DNA from: Nemertoderma westbladi
Lineage: Eukaryota > Animalia > Xenacoelomorpha
Length of the DNA: 64,000 nt
Assembly: GCA_032718475.1 (NCBI GenBank)
Contig: JAUCBJ010006714.1
Location: 62,001-126,000 of the forward strand
Direction of reading: 5' to 3'
Numbering within the stretch: position 1 is the first letter of the stretch; each line of letters starts with the position of its first letter. Under the pieces are notes generated by a model, which searched no databases, was not told where the DNA came from, and saw only the letters and a list, made by a program, of their open reading frames with translations. Shown here piece by piece: positions 44,171 through 59,000 of this stretch. The position numbers were made by a program, and so were the translations under genes.

Positions 44171-47100
44171 GTAACAACATCTACGCGTTTTAGTTTTAGC
44201 CACTATCCGTAATGTAACAACGTCTACACGTTTTAGTTTTAGCCACTATCCGTAATGTAACAACATCTACGCGTTTTAGTTTTAGCCACTATCCGTAATG
44301 TAACAACATCTACGCGTTTTAGTTTTAGCCACTATCCGTAATGTAACAACATCTACGCGTTTTAGTTTTAGCCACTATCCGTAATGTCACGACGTCTACG
44401 CGTTTTAGTTTTAGCCACTATCCGTAATGTCACGACGTCTACGCGTTTTAGTTTTAGCCACTAACCGTAATGTAACAACATCTACGCGTTTTAGTTTTAG
44501 CCACTATCCGTAATGTAACAACGTCTACGCGTTTTAGTTTTAGCCACTATCCGTAATGTAACAACGTCTACGCGTTTTAGTTTTAGCCACTATCCGTAAT
44601 GTAACAACGTCTACGCGTTTTAGTTTTAGCCACTATCCGTAATGTAACAACGTCTACGCGTTTTAGTTTTAGCCACCAACCGTAATGTCACAACGTCTAC
44701 GCGTTTTAGTTTTAGCCACTAACCGTAATGTCCCAACGTCTACGCGTTTTAGTTTTAGCCACTATCCGTAATGTAACAACGTCTACGCGTTTTAGTTTTA
44801 GCCACTATCCGTAATGTAACAACGTCTACGCGTTTTAGTTTTAGCCACTATCCGTAATGTAACAACGTCTACGCGTTTTAGTTTTAGCCACTATCCGTAA
44901 TGTAACAACGTCTACGCGTTTTAGTTTTAGCCACTATCCGTAATGTAACAACATCTACGCGTTTTAGTTTTAGCCACCAACCGTAATGTCACGACGTCAA
45001 CGCCTTTTAGTTTTAGCCACTATCCGTAATGTCCCAACGTCTACGCGTTTTAGTTTTAGCCACTATCCGTAATGTCACAACGTCTACGCGTTTTAGTTTT
45101 AGCCACTATCCGTAATGTAACAACGTCTACGGTTTTAGTTTTAGCCACTATCCGTAATGTAACAACATCTACGCGTTTTAGTTTTAGCCACTATCCGTAA
45201 TGTCACAACGTCTACGCGTTTTAGTTTTAGCCACTATCCGTAATGTAACAACGTCTACACGTTTTAGTTTTAGCCACTATCCGTAATGTCACAACGTCTA
45301 CGCGTTTTAGTTTTAGCCACTATCCGTAATGTCACAACGTCTACGCGTTTTAGTTTTAGCCACTAACCGTAATGTCACAACGTCTACGCGTTTTAGTTTT
45401 AGCCACTAACCGTAATGTCACAACGTCTACGCGTTTTAGTTTTAGCCACTAACCGTAATGTCACAACGTCTACGCGTTTTAGTTTTAGCCACTATCCGTA
45501 ATGTAACAACGTCTACGCGTTTTAGTTTTAGCCACTATCCGTAATGTAACAACGTCTACGCGTTTTAGTTTTAGCCACTATCCGTAATGTAACAACGTCT
45601 ACGCGTTTTAGTTTTAGCCACTATCCGTAATGTAACAACGTCTACGCGTTTTAGTTTTAGCCACTATCCGTAATGTAACAACATCTACGCGTTTTAGTTT
45701 TAGCCACTATCCGTAATGTCACAACGTCTACGCGTTTTAGTTTTAGCCACTATCCGTAATGTAACAACGTCTACACGTTTTAGTTTTAGCCACCAACCGT
45801 AATGTCACAACGTCTACGCGTTTTAGTTTTAGCCACTATCCGTAATGTCACAACGTCTACGCGTTTTAGTTTTAGCCACTAACCGTAATGTCACAACGTC
45901 TACGCGTTTTAGTTTTAGCCACTAACCGTAATGTCACAACGTCTACGCGTTTTAGTTTTAGCCACTATCCGTAATGTAACAACGTCTACGCGTTTTAGTT
46001 TTAGCCACTATCCGTAATGTAACAACGTCTACGCGTTTTAGTTTTAGCCACTATCCGTAATGTAACAACGTCTACGCGTTTTAGTTTTAGCCACTATCCG
46101 TAATGTAACAACGTCTACGCGTTTTAGTTTTAGCCACTATCCGTAATGTAACAACGTCTACGCGTTTTAGTTTTAGCCACTAACCGTAATGTCACGACGT
46201 CTACGCGTTTTAGTTTTAGCCACTATCCGTAATGTAACAACGTCTACACGTTTTAGTTTTAGCCACCAACCGTAATGTCACAACGTCTACGCGTTTTAGT
46301 TTTAGCCACCAACCGTAATGTCACAACGTCTACGCGTTTTAGTTTTAGCCACTATCCGTAATGTAACAACGTCTACACGTTTTAGTTTTAGCCACCAACC
46401 GTAATGTCACAACGTCTACGCGTTTTAGTTTTAGCCACCAACCGTAATGTCACAACGTCTACGCGTTTTAGTTTTAGCCACTATCCGTAATGTAACAACG
46501 TCTACACGTTTTAGTTTTAGCCACCAACCGTAATGTCACAACGTCTACGCGTTTTAGTTTTAGCCACCAACCGTAATGTCACAACGTCTACGCGTTTTAG
46601 TTTTAGCCACTATCCGTAATGTAACAACGTCTACACGTTTTAGTTTTAGCCACCAACCGTAATGTCACAACGTCTACGCGTTTTAGTTTTAGCCACCAAC
46701 CGTAATGTCACAACGTCTACGCGTTTTAGTTTTAGCCACTATCCGTAATGTCACAACGTCTACGCGTTTTAGTTTTAGCCACTAACCGTAATGTAACAAC
46801 GTCTACGCGTTTTAGTTTTAGCCACTATCCGTAATGTAACAACATCTACGCGTTTTAGTTTTAGCCACTAACCGTAATGTCACGACGTCTACGCGTTTTA
46901 GTTTTAGCCACTATCCGTAATGTAACAACGTCTACGCGTTTTAGTTTTAGCCACTAACCGTAATGTAACAACATCTACGCGTTTTAGTTTTAGCCACTAA
47001 CCGTAATGTCACAACGTCTACGCGTTTTAGTTTTAGCCACTATCCGTAATGTAACAACGTCTACGCGTTTTAGTTTTAGCCACTATCCGTAATGTAACAA

Positions 47101-50100
47101 CGTCTACGCGTTTTAGTTTTAGCCACTAACCGTAATGTCACGACGTCTACGCGTTTTAGTTTTAGCCACTATCCGTAATGTCCCAACGTCTACGCGTTTT
47201 AGTTTTAGCCACTAACCGTAATGTCACAACGTCTACGCGTTTTAGTTTTAGCCACTAACCGTAATGTCACAACGTCTACGCGTTTTAGTTTTAGCCACTA
47301 ACCGTAATGTCACAACGTCTACGCGTTTTAGTTTTAGCCACTATCCGTAATGTCCCAACGTCTACGCGTTTTAGTTTTAGCCACTATCCGTAATGTAACA
47401 ACGTCTACGCGTTTTAGTTTTAGCCACTATCCGTAATGTAACAACGTCTACGCGTTTTAGTTTTAGCCACTAACCGTAATGTCACAACGTCTACGCGTTT
47501 TAGTTTTAGCCACTATCCGTAATGTAACAACATCTACGCGTTTTAGTTTTAGCCACTAACCGTAATGTAACAACGTCTACGCGTTTTAGTTTTAGCCACT
47601 AACCGTAATGTAACAACGTCTACGCGTTTTAGTTTTAGCCACTAACCGTAATGTCACAACGTCTACGCGTTTTAGTTTTAGCCACTATCCGTAATGTAAC
47701 AACGTCTACGCGTTTTAGTTTTAGCCACTATCCGTAATGTAACAACATCTACGCGTTTTAGTTTTAGCCACTATCCGTAATGTCCCAACGTCTACGCGTT
47801 TTAGTTTTAGCCACTAACCGTAATGTCACGACGTCTACGCGTTTTAGTTTTAGCCACTATCCGTAATGTCCCAACGTCTACGCGTTTTAGTTTTAGCCAC
47901 TATCCGTAATGTCCCAACGTCTACGCGTTTTAGTTTTAGCCACTATCCGTAATGTAACAACGTCTACGCGTTTTAGTTTTAGCCACTAACCGTAATGTCA
48001 CAACGTCTACGCGTTTTAGTTTTAGCCACTAACCGTAATGTCACAACGTCTACGCGTTTTAGTTTTAGCCACTATCCGTAATGTAACAACGTCTACGCGT
48101 TTTAGTTTTAGCCACTATCCGTAATGTAACAACATCTACGCGTTTTAGTTTTAGCCACTATCCGTAATGTCCCAACGTCTACGCGTTTTAGTTTTAGCCA
48201 CTAACCGTAATGTCACGACGTCTACGCGTTTTAGTTTTAGCCACTATCCGTAATGTCCCAACGTCTACGCGTTTTAGTTTTAGCCACTATCCGTAATGTC
48301 CCAACGTCTACGCGTTTTAGTTTTAGCCACTATCCGTAATGTAACAACGTCTACGCGTTTTAGTTTTAGCCACTAACCGTAATGTCACAACGTCTACGCG
48401 TTTTAGTTTTAGCCACTATCCGTAATGTCCCAACGTCTACGCGTTTTAGTTTTAGCCACTATCCGTAATGTAACAACGTCTACGCGTTTTAGTTTTAGCC
48501 ACTATCCGTAATGTAACAACATCTACGCGTTTTAGTTTTAGCCACTATCCGTAATGTCACAACGTTTAAGCGTTTTAGTTTTAGCCACTATCCGTAATGT
48601 AACAACATCTACGCGTTTTAGTTTTAGCCACTATCCGTAATGTAACAACGTCTACGCGTTTTAGTTTTAGCCACTATCCGTAATGTCCCAACGTCTACGC
48701 GTTTTAGTTTTAGCCACTATCCGTAATGTAACAACATCTACGCGTTTTAGTTTTAGCCACTATCCGTAATGTCACAACGTCTACGCGTTTTAGTTTTAGC
48801 CACTAACCGTAATGTCCCAACGTCTACGCGTTTTAGTTTTAGCCACTATCCGTAATGTAACAACATCTACGCGTTTTAGTTTTAGCCACTATCCGTAATG
48901 TCACAACGTCTACGCGTTTTAGTTTTAGCCACTATCCGTAATGTCCCAACGTCTACGCGTTTTAGTTTTAGCCACTATCCGTAATGTAACAACATCTACG
49001 CGTTTTAGTTTTAGCCACTATCCGTAATGTCACAACGTCTACGCCTTTTAGTTTTAGCCACTATCCGTAATGTCCCAACGTCTACGCGTTTTAGTTTTAG
49101 CCACTATCCGTAATGTAACAACATCTACGCGTTTTAGTTTTAGCCACTATCCGTAATGTCACAACGTCTACGCGTTTTAGTTTTAGCCACTATCCGTAAT
49201 GTCCCAACGTCTACGCGTTTTAGTTTTAGCCACTATCCGTAATGTAACAACATCTACGCGTTTTAGTTTTAGCCACTATCCGTAATGTCACAACGTCTAC
49301 GCGTTTTAGTTTTAGCCACTATCCGTAATGTCCCAACGTCTACGCGTTTTAGTTTTAGCCACTATCCGTAATGTAACAACATCTACGCGTTTTAGTTTTA
49401 GCCACTAACCGTAATGTCACGACGTCTACGCGTTTTAGTTTTAGCCACTATCCGTAATGTCCCAACGTCTACGCGTTTTAGTTTTAGCCACTATCCGTAA
49501 TGTAACAACATCTACGCGTTTTAGTTTTAGCCACTAACCGTAATGTCACGACGTCTACGCGTTTTAGTTTTAGCCACTAACCGTAATGTAACAACGTCTA
49601 CGCGTTTTAGTTTTAGCCACTATCCGTAATGTAACAACATCTACGCGTTTTAGTTTTAGCCACTAACCGTAATGTAACAACGTCTACGCGTTTTAGTTTT
49701 AGCCACTATCCGTAATGTCACAACATCTACGCGTTTTAGTTTTAGCCACTAACCGTAATGTAACAACGTCTACGCGTTTTAGTTTTAGCCACTATCCGTA
49801 ATGTCACAACATCTACGCGTTTTAGTTTTAGCCACTAACCGTAATGTCACAACGTCTACGCGTTTTAGTTTTAGCCACTAACCGTAATGTAACAACGTCT
49901 ACGCGTTTTAGTTTTAGCCACTATCCGTAATGTCACAACATCTACGCGTTTTAGTTTTAGCCACTAACCGTAATGTAACAACGTCTACGCGTTTTAGTTT
50001 TAGCCACTAACCGTAATGTCACAACGTCTACGCGTTTTAGTTTTAGCCACTAACCGTAATGTCACAACGTCTACGCGTTTTAGTTTTAGCCACTATCCGT

Positions 50101-53100
50101 AATGTAACAACGTCTACGCGTTTTAGTTTTAGCCACTATCCGTAATGTAACAACATCTACGCGTTTTAGTTTTAGCCACTATCCGTAATGTCCCAACGTC
50201 TACGCGTTTTAGTTTTAGCCACTAACCGTAATGTCACGACGTCTACGCGTTTTAGTTTTAGCCACTATCCGTAATGTCCCAACGTCTACGCGTTTTAGTT
50301 TTAGCCACTATCCGTAATGTCCCAACGTCTACGCGTTTTAGTTTTAGCCACTATCCGTAATGTAACAACGTCTACGCGTTTTAGTTTTAGCCACTAACCG
50401 TAATGTCACAACGTCTACGCGTTTTAGTTTTAGCCACTATCCGTAATGTCCCAACGTCTACGCGTTTTAGTTTTAGCCACTATCCGTAATGTAACAACGT
50501 CTACGCGTTTTAGTTTTAGCCACTATCCGTAATGTAACAACATCTACGCGTTTTAGTTTTAGCCACTATCCGTAATGTCACAACGTTTAAGCGTTTTAGT
50601 TTTAGCCACTATCCGTAATGTAACAACATCTACGCGTTTTAGTTTTAGCCACTATCCGTAATGTAACAACGTCTACGCGTTTTAGTTTTAGCCACTATCC
50701 GTAATGTCCCAACGTCTACGCGTTTTAGTTTTAGCCACTAACCGTAATGTAACAACGTCTACGCGTTTTAGTTTTAGCCACTATCCGTAATGTAACAACA
50801 TCTACGCGTTTTAGTTTTAGCCACTATCCGTAATGTAACAACATCTACGCGTTTTAGTTTTAGCCACTATCCGTAATGTAACAACATCTACGCGTTTTAG
50901 TTTTAGCCACTAACCGTAATGTCACGACGTCTACGCGTTTTAGTTTTAGCCACTATCCGTAATGTAACAACGTCTACGCGTTTTAGTTTTAGCCACTATC
51001 CGTAATGTAACAACGTCTACGCGTTTTAGTTTTAGCCACTATCCGTAATGTAACAACGTCTACGCGTTTTAGTTTTAGCCACTAACCGTAATGTAACAAC
51101 GTCTACGCGTTTTAGTTTTAGCCACTATCCGTAATGTAACAACATCTACGCGTTTTAGTTTTAGCCACTATCCGTAATGTAACAACATCTACGCGTTTTA
51201 GTTTTAGCCACTATCCGTAATGTAACAACATCTACGCGTTTTAGTTTTAGCCACTAACCGTAATGTCACGACGTCTACGCGTTTTAGTTTTAGCCACTAT
51301 CCGTAATGTAACAACGTCTACGCGTTTTAGTTTTAGCCACTATCCGTAATGTAACAACGTCTACGCGTTTTAGTTTTAGCCACTATCCGTAATGTCCCAA
51401 CGTCTACGCGTTTTAGTTTTAGCCACTATCCGTAATGTAACAACATCTACGCGTTTTAGTTTTAGCCACTATCCGTAATGTAACAACATCTACGCGTTTT
51501 AGTTTTAGCCACTATCCGTAATGTAACAACATCTACGCGTTTTAGTTTTAGCCACTATCCGTAATGTAACAACATCTACGCGTTTTAGTTTTAGCCACTA
51601 TCCGTAATGTAACAACATCTACGCGTTTTAGTTTTAGCCACTAACCGTAATGTCACGACGTCTACGCGTTTTAGTTTTAGCCACTATCCGTAATGTAACA
51701 ACATCTACGCGTTTTAGTTTTAGCCACTATCCGTAATGTCCCAACGTCTACGCGTTTTAGTTTTAGCCACTATCCGTAATGTAACAACATCTACGCGTTT
51801 TAGTTTTAGCCACTATCCGTAATGTAACAACATCTACGCGTTTTAGTTTTAGCCACTATCCGTAATGTAACAACATCTACGCGTTTTAGTTTTAGCCACT
51901 AACCGTAATGTCACGACGTCTACGCGTTTTAGTTTTAGCCACTATCCGTAATGTCCCAACGTCTACGCGTTTTAGTTTTAGCCACTATCCGTAATGTAAC
52001 AACATCTACGCGTTTTAGTTTTAGCCACTAACCGTAATGTCACGACGTCTACGCGTTTTAGTTTTAGCCACTAACCGTAATGTAACAACGTCTACGCGTT
52101 TTAGTTTTAGCCACTATCCGTAATGTAACAACATCTACGCGTTTTAGTTTTAGCCACTAACCGTAATGTAACAACGTCTACGCGTTTTAGTTTTAGCCAC
52201 TATCCGTAATGTCACAACATCTACGCGTTTTAGTTTTAGCCACTAACCGTAATGTAACAACGTCTACGCGTTTTAGTTTTAGCCACTATCCGTAATGTCA
52301 CAACATCTACGCGTTTTAGTTTTAGCCACTAACCGTAATGTCACAACGTCTACGCGTTTTAGTTTTAGCCACTATCCGTAATGTCCCAACGTCTACGCGT
52401 TTTAGTTTTAGCCACTATCCGTAATGTAACAACATCTACGCGTTTTAGTTTTAGCCACTAACCGTAATGTAACAACGTCTACGCGTTTTAGTTTTAGCCA
52501 CTATCCGTAATGTCACAACATCTACGCGTTTTAGTTTTAGCCACTAACCGTAATGTCACAACGTCTACGCGTTTTAGTTTTAGCCACTAACCGTAATGTC
52601 ACGACGTCTACGCGTTTTAGTTTTAGCCACTATCCGTAATGTCACAACATCTACGCGTTTTAGTTTTAGCCACTATCCGTAATGTAACAACGTCTACGCG
52701 TTTTAGTTTTAGCCACTAACCGTAATGTCACAACGTCTACGCGTTTTAGTTTTAGCCACTATCCGTAATGTAACAACGTCTACGCGTTTTAGTTTTAGCC
52801 ACTAACCGTAATGTCACGACGTCTACGCGTTTTAGTTTTAGCCACTAACCGTAATGTCACGACGTCAACGCGTTTTAGTTTTAGCCACTATCCGTAATGT
52901 AACAACGTCTACGCGTTTTAGTTTTAGCCACTATCCGTAATGTAACAACGTCTACGCGTTTTAGTTTTAGCCACTATCCGTAATGTAACAACATCTACGC
53001 GTTTTAGTTTTAGCCACTATCCGTAATGTCACAACGTCTACGCGTTTTAGTTTTAGCCACTAACCGTAATGTCACGACGTCTACGCGTTTTAGTTTTAGC

Positions 53101-56090
53101 CACTATCCGTAATGTCCCAACGTCTACGCGTTTTAGTTTTAGCCACTATCCGTAATGTAACAACGTCTACGCGTTTTAGTTTTAGCCACTATCCGTAATG
53201 TAACAACGTCTACGCGTTTTAGTTTTAGCCACTATCCGTAATGTAACAACGTCTACGCGTTTTAGTTTTAGCCACTATCCGTAATGTAACAACGTCTACG
53301 CGTTTTAGTTTTAGCCACTATCCGTAATGTAACAACATCTACGCGTTTTAGTTTTAGCCACTATCCGTAATGTAACAACATCTACGCGTTTTAGTTTTAG
53401 CCACTATCCGTAATGTAACAACATCTACGCGTTTTAGTTTTAGCCACTATCCGTAATGTCACAACGTCTACGCGTTTTAGTTTTAGCCACTATCCGTAAT
53501 GTAACAACGTCTACGCGTTTTAGTTTTAGCCACTATCCGTAATGTAACAACGTCTACGCGTTTTAGTTTTAGCCACTATCCGTAATGTAACAACGTCTAC
53601 GCGTTTTAGTTTTAGCCACTATCCGTAATGTCCCAACGTCTACGCGTTTTAGTTTTAGCCACTATCCGTAATGTAACAACGTCTACGCGTTTTAGTTTTA
53701 GCCACTATCCGTAATGTAACAACGTCTACGCGTTTTAGTTTTAGCCACTATCCGTAATGTAACAACGTCTACGCGTTTTAGTTTTAGCCACTATCCGTAA
53801 TGTAACAACGTCTACGCGTTTTAGTTTTAGCCACTATCCGTAATGTAACAACATCTACGCGTTTTAGTTTTAGCCACTATCCGTAATGTAACAACATCTA
53901 CGCGTTTTAGTTTTAGCCACTATCCGTAATGTAACAACATCTACGCGTTTTAGTTTTAGCCACTATCCGTAATGTCACAACGTCTACGCGTTTTAGTTTT
54001 AGCCACTATCCGTAATGTAACAACGTCTACGCGTTTTAGTTTTAGCCACTATCCGTAATGTAACAACGTCTACGCGTTTTAGTTTTAGCCACTATCCGTA
54101 ATGTAACAACGTCTACGCGTTTTAGTTTTAGCCACTATCCGTAATGTAACAACGTCTACGCGTTTTAGTTTTAGCCACTATCCGTAATGTAACAACGTCT
54201 ACGCGTTTTAGTTTTAGCCACTATCCGTAATGTAACAACGTCTACGCGTTTTAGTTTTAGCCACTAACCGTAATGTAACAACGTCTACGTGTTTTAGTTT
54301 TAGCCACTATCCGTAATGTCACGACGTCTACGCGTTTTAGTTTTAGCCACTATCCGTAATGTAACAACATCTACGTGTTTTAGTTTTAGCCACTAACCGT
54401 AATGTAACAACGTCTACGCGTTTTAGTTTTAGCCACTAACCGTAATGTCACAACGTCTACGCGTTTTAGTTTTAGCCACTATCCGTAATGTCCCAACGTC
54501 TACGCGTTTTAGTTTTAGCCACTATCCGTAATGTAACAACATCTACGCGTTTTAGTTTTAGCCACTATCCGTAATGTCCCAACGTCTACGCGTTTTAGTT
54601 TTAGCCACTATCCGTAATGTAACAACATCTACGCGTTTTAGTTTTAGCCACTATCCGTAATGTCCCAACGTCTACGCGTTTTAGTTTTAGCCACTATCCG
54701 TAATGTCCCAACGTCTACGCGTTTTAGTTTTAGCCACTATCCGTAATGTAACAACATCTACGCGTTTTAGTTTTAGCCACTATCCGTAATGTAACAACAT
54801 CTACGCGTTTTAGTTTTAGCCACTATCCGTAATGTCCCAACGTCTACGCGTTTTAGTTTTAGCCACTATCCGTAATGTAACAACGTCTACGCGTTTTAGT
54901 TTTAGCCACTATCCGTAATGTAACAACATCTACGCGTTTTAGTTTTAGCCACTATCCGTAATGTAACAACGTCTACGCGTTTTAGTTTTAGCCACTATCC
55001 GTAATGTAACAACGTCTACGCGTTTTAGTTTTAGCCACTAACCGTAATGTAACAACGTCTACGCGTTTTAGTTTTAGCCACTATCCGTAATGTAACAACA
55101 TCTACGCGTTTTAGTTTTAGCCACTATCCGTAATGTCCCAACGTCTACGCGTTTTAGTTTTAGCCACTATCCGTAATGTAACAACATCTACGCGTTTTAG
55201 TTTTAGCCACTAACCGTAATGTCACGACGTCTACGCGTTTTAGTTTTAGCCACTAACCGTAATGTAACAACGTCTACGCGTTTTAGTTTTAGCCACTATC
55301 CGTAATGTAACAACGTCTACGCGTTTTAGTTTTAGCCACTATCCGTAATGTAACAACGTCTACGCGTTTTAGTTTTAGCCACTAACCGTAATGTCACGAC
55401 GTCTACGCGTTTTAGTTTTAGCCACTAACCGTAATGTAACAACGTCTACGCGTTTTAGTTTTAGCCACTATCCGTAATGTAACAACATCTACGCGTTTTA
55501 GTTTTAGCCACTAACCGTAATGTCACAACGTCTACGCGTTTTAGTTTTAGCCACTAACCGTAATGTCACGACGTCTACGCGTTTTAGTTTTAGCCACTAT
55601 CCGTAATGTAACAACGTCTACGCGTTTTAGTTTTAGCCACTATCCGTAATGTAACAACATCTACGCGTTTTAGTTTTAGCCACTATCCGTAATGTAACAA
55701 CGTCTACGCGTTTTAGTTTTAGCCACTATCCGTAATGTAACAACATCTACGTGTTTTAGTTTTAGCCACTATCCGTAATGTAACAACATCTACGCGTTTT
55801 AGTTTTAGCCACTATCCGTAATGTAACAACGTCTACGCGTTTTAGTTTTAGCCACTATCCGTAATGTAACAACATCTACGCGTTTTAGTTTTAGCCACTA
55901 TCCGTAATGTAACAACGTCTACGCGTTTTAGTTTTAGCCACTATCCGTAATGTAACAACATCTACGCGTTTTAGTTTTAGCCACTATCCGTAATGTAACA
56001 ACGTCTACGCGTTTTAGTTTTAGCCACTATCCGTAATGTAACAACGTCTACGCGTTTTAGTTTTAGCCACTATCCGTAATGTAACAACAT
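44171..56090. repeat. Copy 2 of ~12 kb intra-array tandem segmental duplication (boundaries approximate)
   Basis: Same order of monomer variants as 32050-44170. It carries a private 1-bp deletion at ~45131 (TCTACGGTTTT), lacks 16 monomers present in copy 1, and has an extra 12-monomer duplication at ~53100-54130. Confidence 0.92.
46210..46725. repeat. Duplicate of the 3-mer higher-order repeat (129 bp x4) within duplication copy 2
   Basis: Same TACAC / CACCAACC / CACCAACC trimer x4, offset 12039 from 34170-34685. Confidence 0.9.
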
Positions 56091-59000
56091 CTACGTGTTT
56101 TAGTTTTAGCCACTATCCGTAATGTAACAACGTCTACGCGTTTTAGTTTTAGCCACTATCCGTAATGTAACAACGTCTACGCGTTTTAGTTTTAGCCACT
56201 ATCCGTAATGTAACAACATCTACGCGTTTTAGTTTTAGCCACTATCCGTAATGTAACAACGTCTACGCGTTTTAGTTTTAGCCACTATCCGTAATGTAAC
56301 AACATCTACGCGTTTTAGTTTTAGCCACTATCCGTAATGTCCCAACGTCTACGCGTTTTAGTTTTAGCCACTATCCGTAATGTAACAACATCTACGCGTT
56401 TTAGTTTTAGCCACTATCCGTAATGTCCCAACGTCTACGCGTTTTAGTTTTAGCCACTATCCGTAATGTAACAACATCTACGCGTTTTAGTTTTAGCCAC
56501 TAACCGTAATGTCACAACGTCTACGCGTTTTAGTTTTAGCCACTATCCGTAATGTAACAACATCTACGCGTTTTAGTTTTAGCCACTATCCGTAATGTCC
56601 CAACGTCTACGCGTTTTAGTTTTAGCCACTATCCGTAATGTAACAACGTCTACGCGTTTTAGTTTTAGCCACTAACCGTAATGTCACAACGTCTACGCGT
56701 TTTAGTTTTAGCCACTATCCGTAATGTCCCAACGTCTACGCGTTTTAGTTTTAGCCACTATCCGTAATGTAACAACATCTACGCGTTTTAGTTTTAGCCA
56801 CTATCCGTAATGTAACAACGTCTACGCGTTTTAGTTTTAGCCACTATCCGTAATGTAACAACGTCTACGCGTTTTAGTTTTAGCCACTATCCGTAATGTA
56901 ACAACATCTACGCGTTTTAGTTTTAGCCACTATCCGTAATGTCACAACGTCTACGCGTTTTAGTTTTAGCCACTAACCGTAATGTCACAACGTCTACGCG
57001 TTTTAGTTTTAGCCACTATCCGTAATGTAACAACGTCTACGCGTTTTAGTTTTAGCCACTAACCGTAATGTCACAACGTCTACGCGTTTTAGTTTTAGCC
57101 ACTAACCGTAATGTCCCAACGTCTACGCGTTTTAGTTTTAGCCACTAACCGTAATGTCACAACGTCTACGCGTTTTAGTTTTAGCCACTAACCGTAATGT
57201 CCCAACGTCTACGCGTTTTAGTTTTAGCCACTATCCGTAATGTCCCAACGTCTACGCGTTTTAGTTTTAGCCACTATCCGTAATGTAACAACGTCTACGC
57301 GTTTTAGTTTTAGCCACTAACCGTAATGTCACAACGTCTACGCGTTTTAGTTTTAGCCACTATCCGTAATGTCACGACGTCTACGCGTTTTAGTTTTAGC
57401 CACTATCCGTAATGTCCCAACGTCTACGCGTTTTAGTTTTAGCCACTATCCGTAATGTAACAACGTCTACGCGTTTTAGTTTTAGCCACTAACCGTAATG
57501 TAACAACGTCTACGCGTTTTAGTTTTAGCCACTAACCGTAATGTCACAACGTCTACGCGTTTTAGTTTTAGCCACTATCCGTAATGTAACAACGTCTACG
57601 CGTTTTAGTTTTAGCCACTAACCGTAATGTCACAACGTCTACGCGTTTTAGTTTTAGCCACTAACCGTAATGTCACGACGTCTACGCGTTTTAGTTTTAG
57701 CCACTATCCGTAATGTCCCAACGTCTACGCGTTTTAGTTTTAGCCACTATCCGTAATGTAACAACGTCTACGCGTTTTAGTTTTAGCCACTAACCGTAAT
57801 GTCACAACGTCTACGCGTTTTAGTTTTAGCCACTAACCGTAATGTCACGACGTCTACGCGTTTTAGTTTTAGCCACTATCCGTAATGTCCCAACGTCTAC
57901 GCGTTTTAGTTTTAGCCACTAACCGTAATGTCACGACGTCTACGCGTTTTAGTTTTAGCCACCAACCGTAATGTCACAACGTCTACGCGTTTTAGTTTTA
58001 GCCACTAACCGTAATGTCACGACGTCTACGCGTTTTAGTTTTAGCCACTATCCGTAATGTCCCAACGTCTACGCGTTTTAGTTTTAGCCACTATCCGTAA
58101 TGTAACAACGTCTACGCGTTTTAGTTTTAGCCACTAACCGTAATGTCACAACGTCTACGCGTTTTAGTTTTAGCCACTATCCGTAATGTAACAACGTCTA
58201 CGCGTTTTAGTTTTAGCCACTAACCGTAATGTCACAACGTCTACGCGTTTTAGTTTTAGCCACTATCCGTAATGTAACAACATCTACGCGTTTTAGTTTT
58301 AGCCACTAACCGTAATGTAACAACGTCTACGCGTTTTAGTTTTAGCCACTAACCGTAATGTCACAACGTCTACGCGTTTTAGTTTTAGCCACTATCCGTA
58401 ATGTAACAACGTCTACGCGTTTTAGTTTTAGCCACTAACCGTAATGTAACAACGTCTACGCGTTTTAGTTTTAGCCACTAACCGTAATGTCACGACGTCT
58501 ACGCGTTTTAGTTTTAGCCACTATCCGTAATGTAACAACGTCTACGCGTTTTAGTTTTAGCCACTATCCGTAATGTAACAACGTCTACGCGTTTTAGTTT
58601 TAGCCACTAACCGTAATGTCACAACGTCTACGCGTTTTAGTTTTAGCCACTATCCGTAATGTAACAACGTCTACGCGTTTTAGTTTTAGCCACTAACCGT
58701 AATGTCACAACGTCTACGCGTTTTAGTTTTAGCCACTAACCGTAATGTCACAACGTCTACGCGTTTTAGTTTTAGCCACTATCCGTAATGTAACAACGTC
58801 TACGCGTTTTAGTTTTAGCCACTAACCGTAATGTAACAACGTCTACGCGTTTTAGTTTTAGCCACTAACCGTAATGTCACGACGTCTACGCGTTTTAGTT
58901 TTAGCCACTATCCGTAATGTAACAACGTCTACGCGTTTTAGTTTTAGCCACTAACCGTAATGTAACAACGTCTACGCGTTTTAGTTTTAGCCACTATCCG

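Noticed and set aside
45125-45140. Singleton deletion TCTACGGTTTT as a functional boundary
   Set aside because: It is a single 1-bp loss absent from the duplicate copy. It is either a private mutation or a consensus error and is useful only as a marker.
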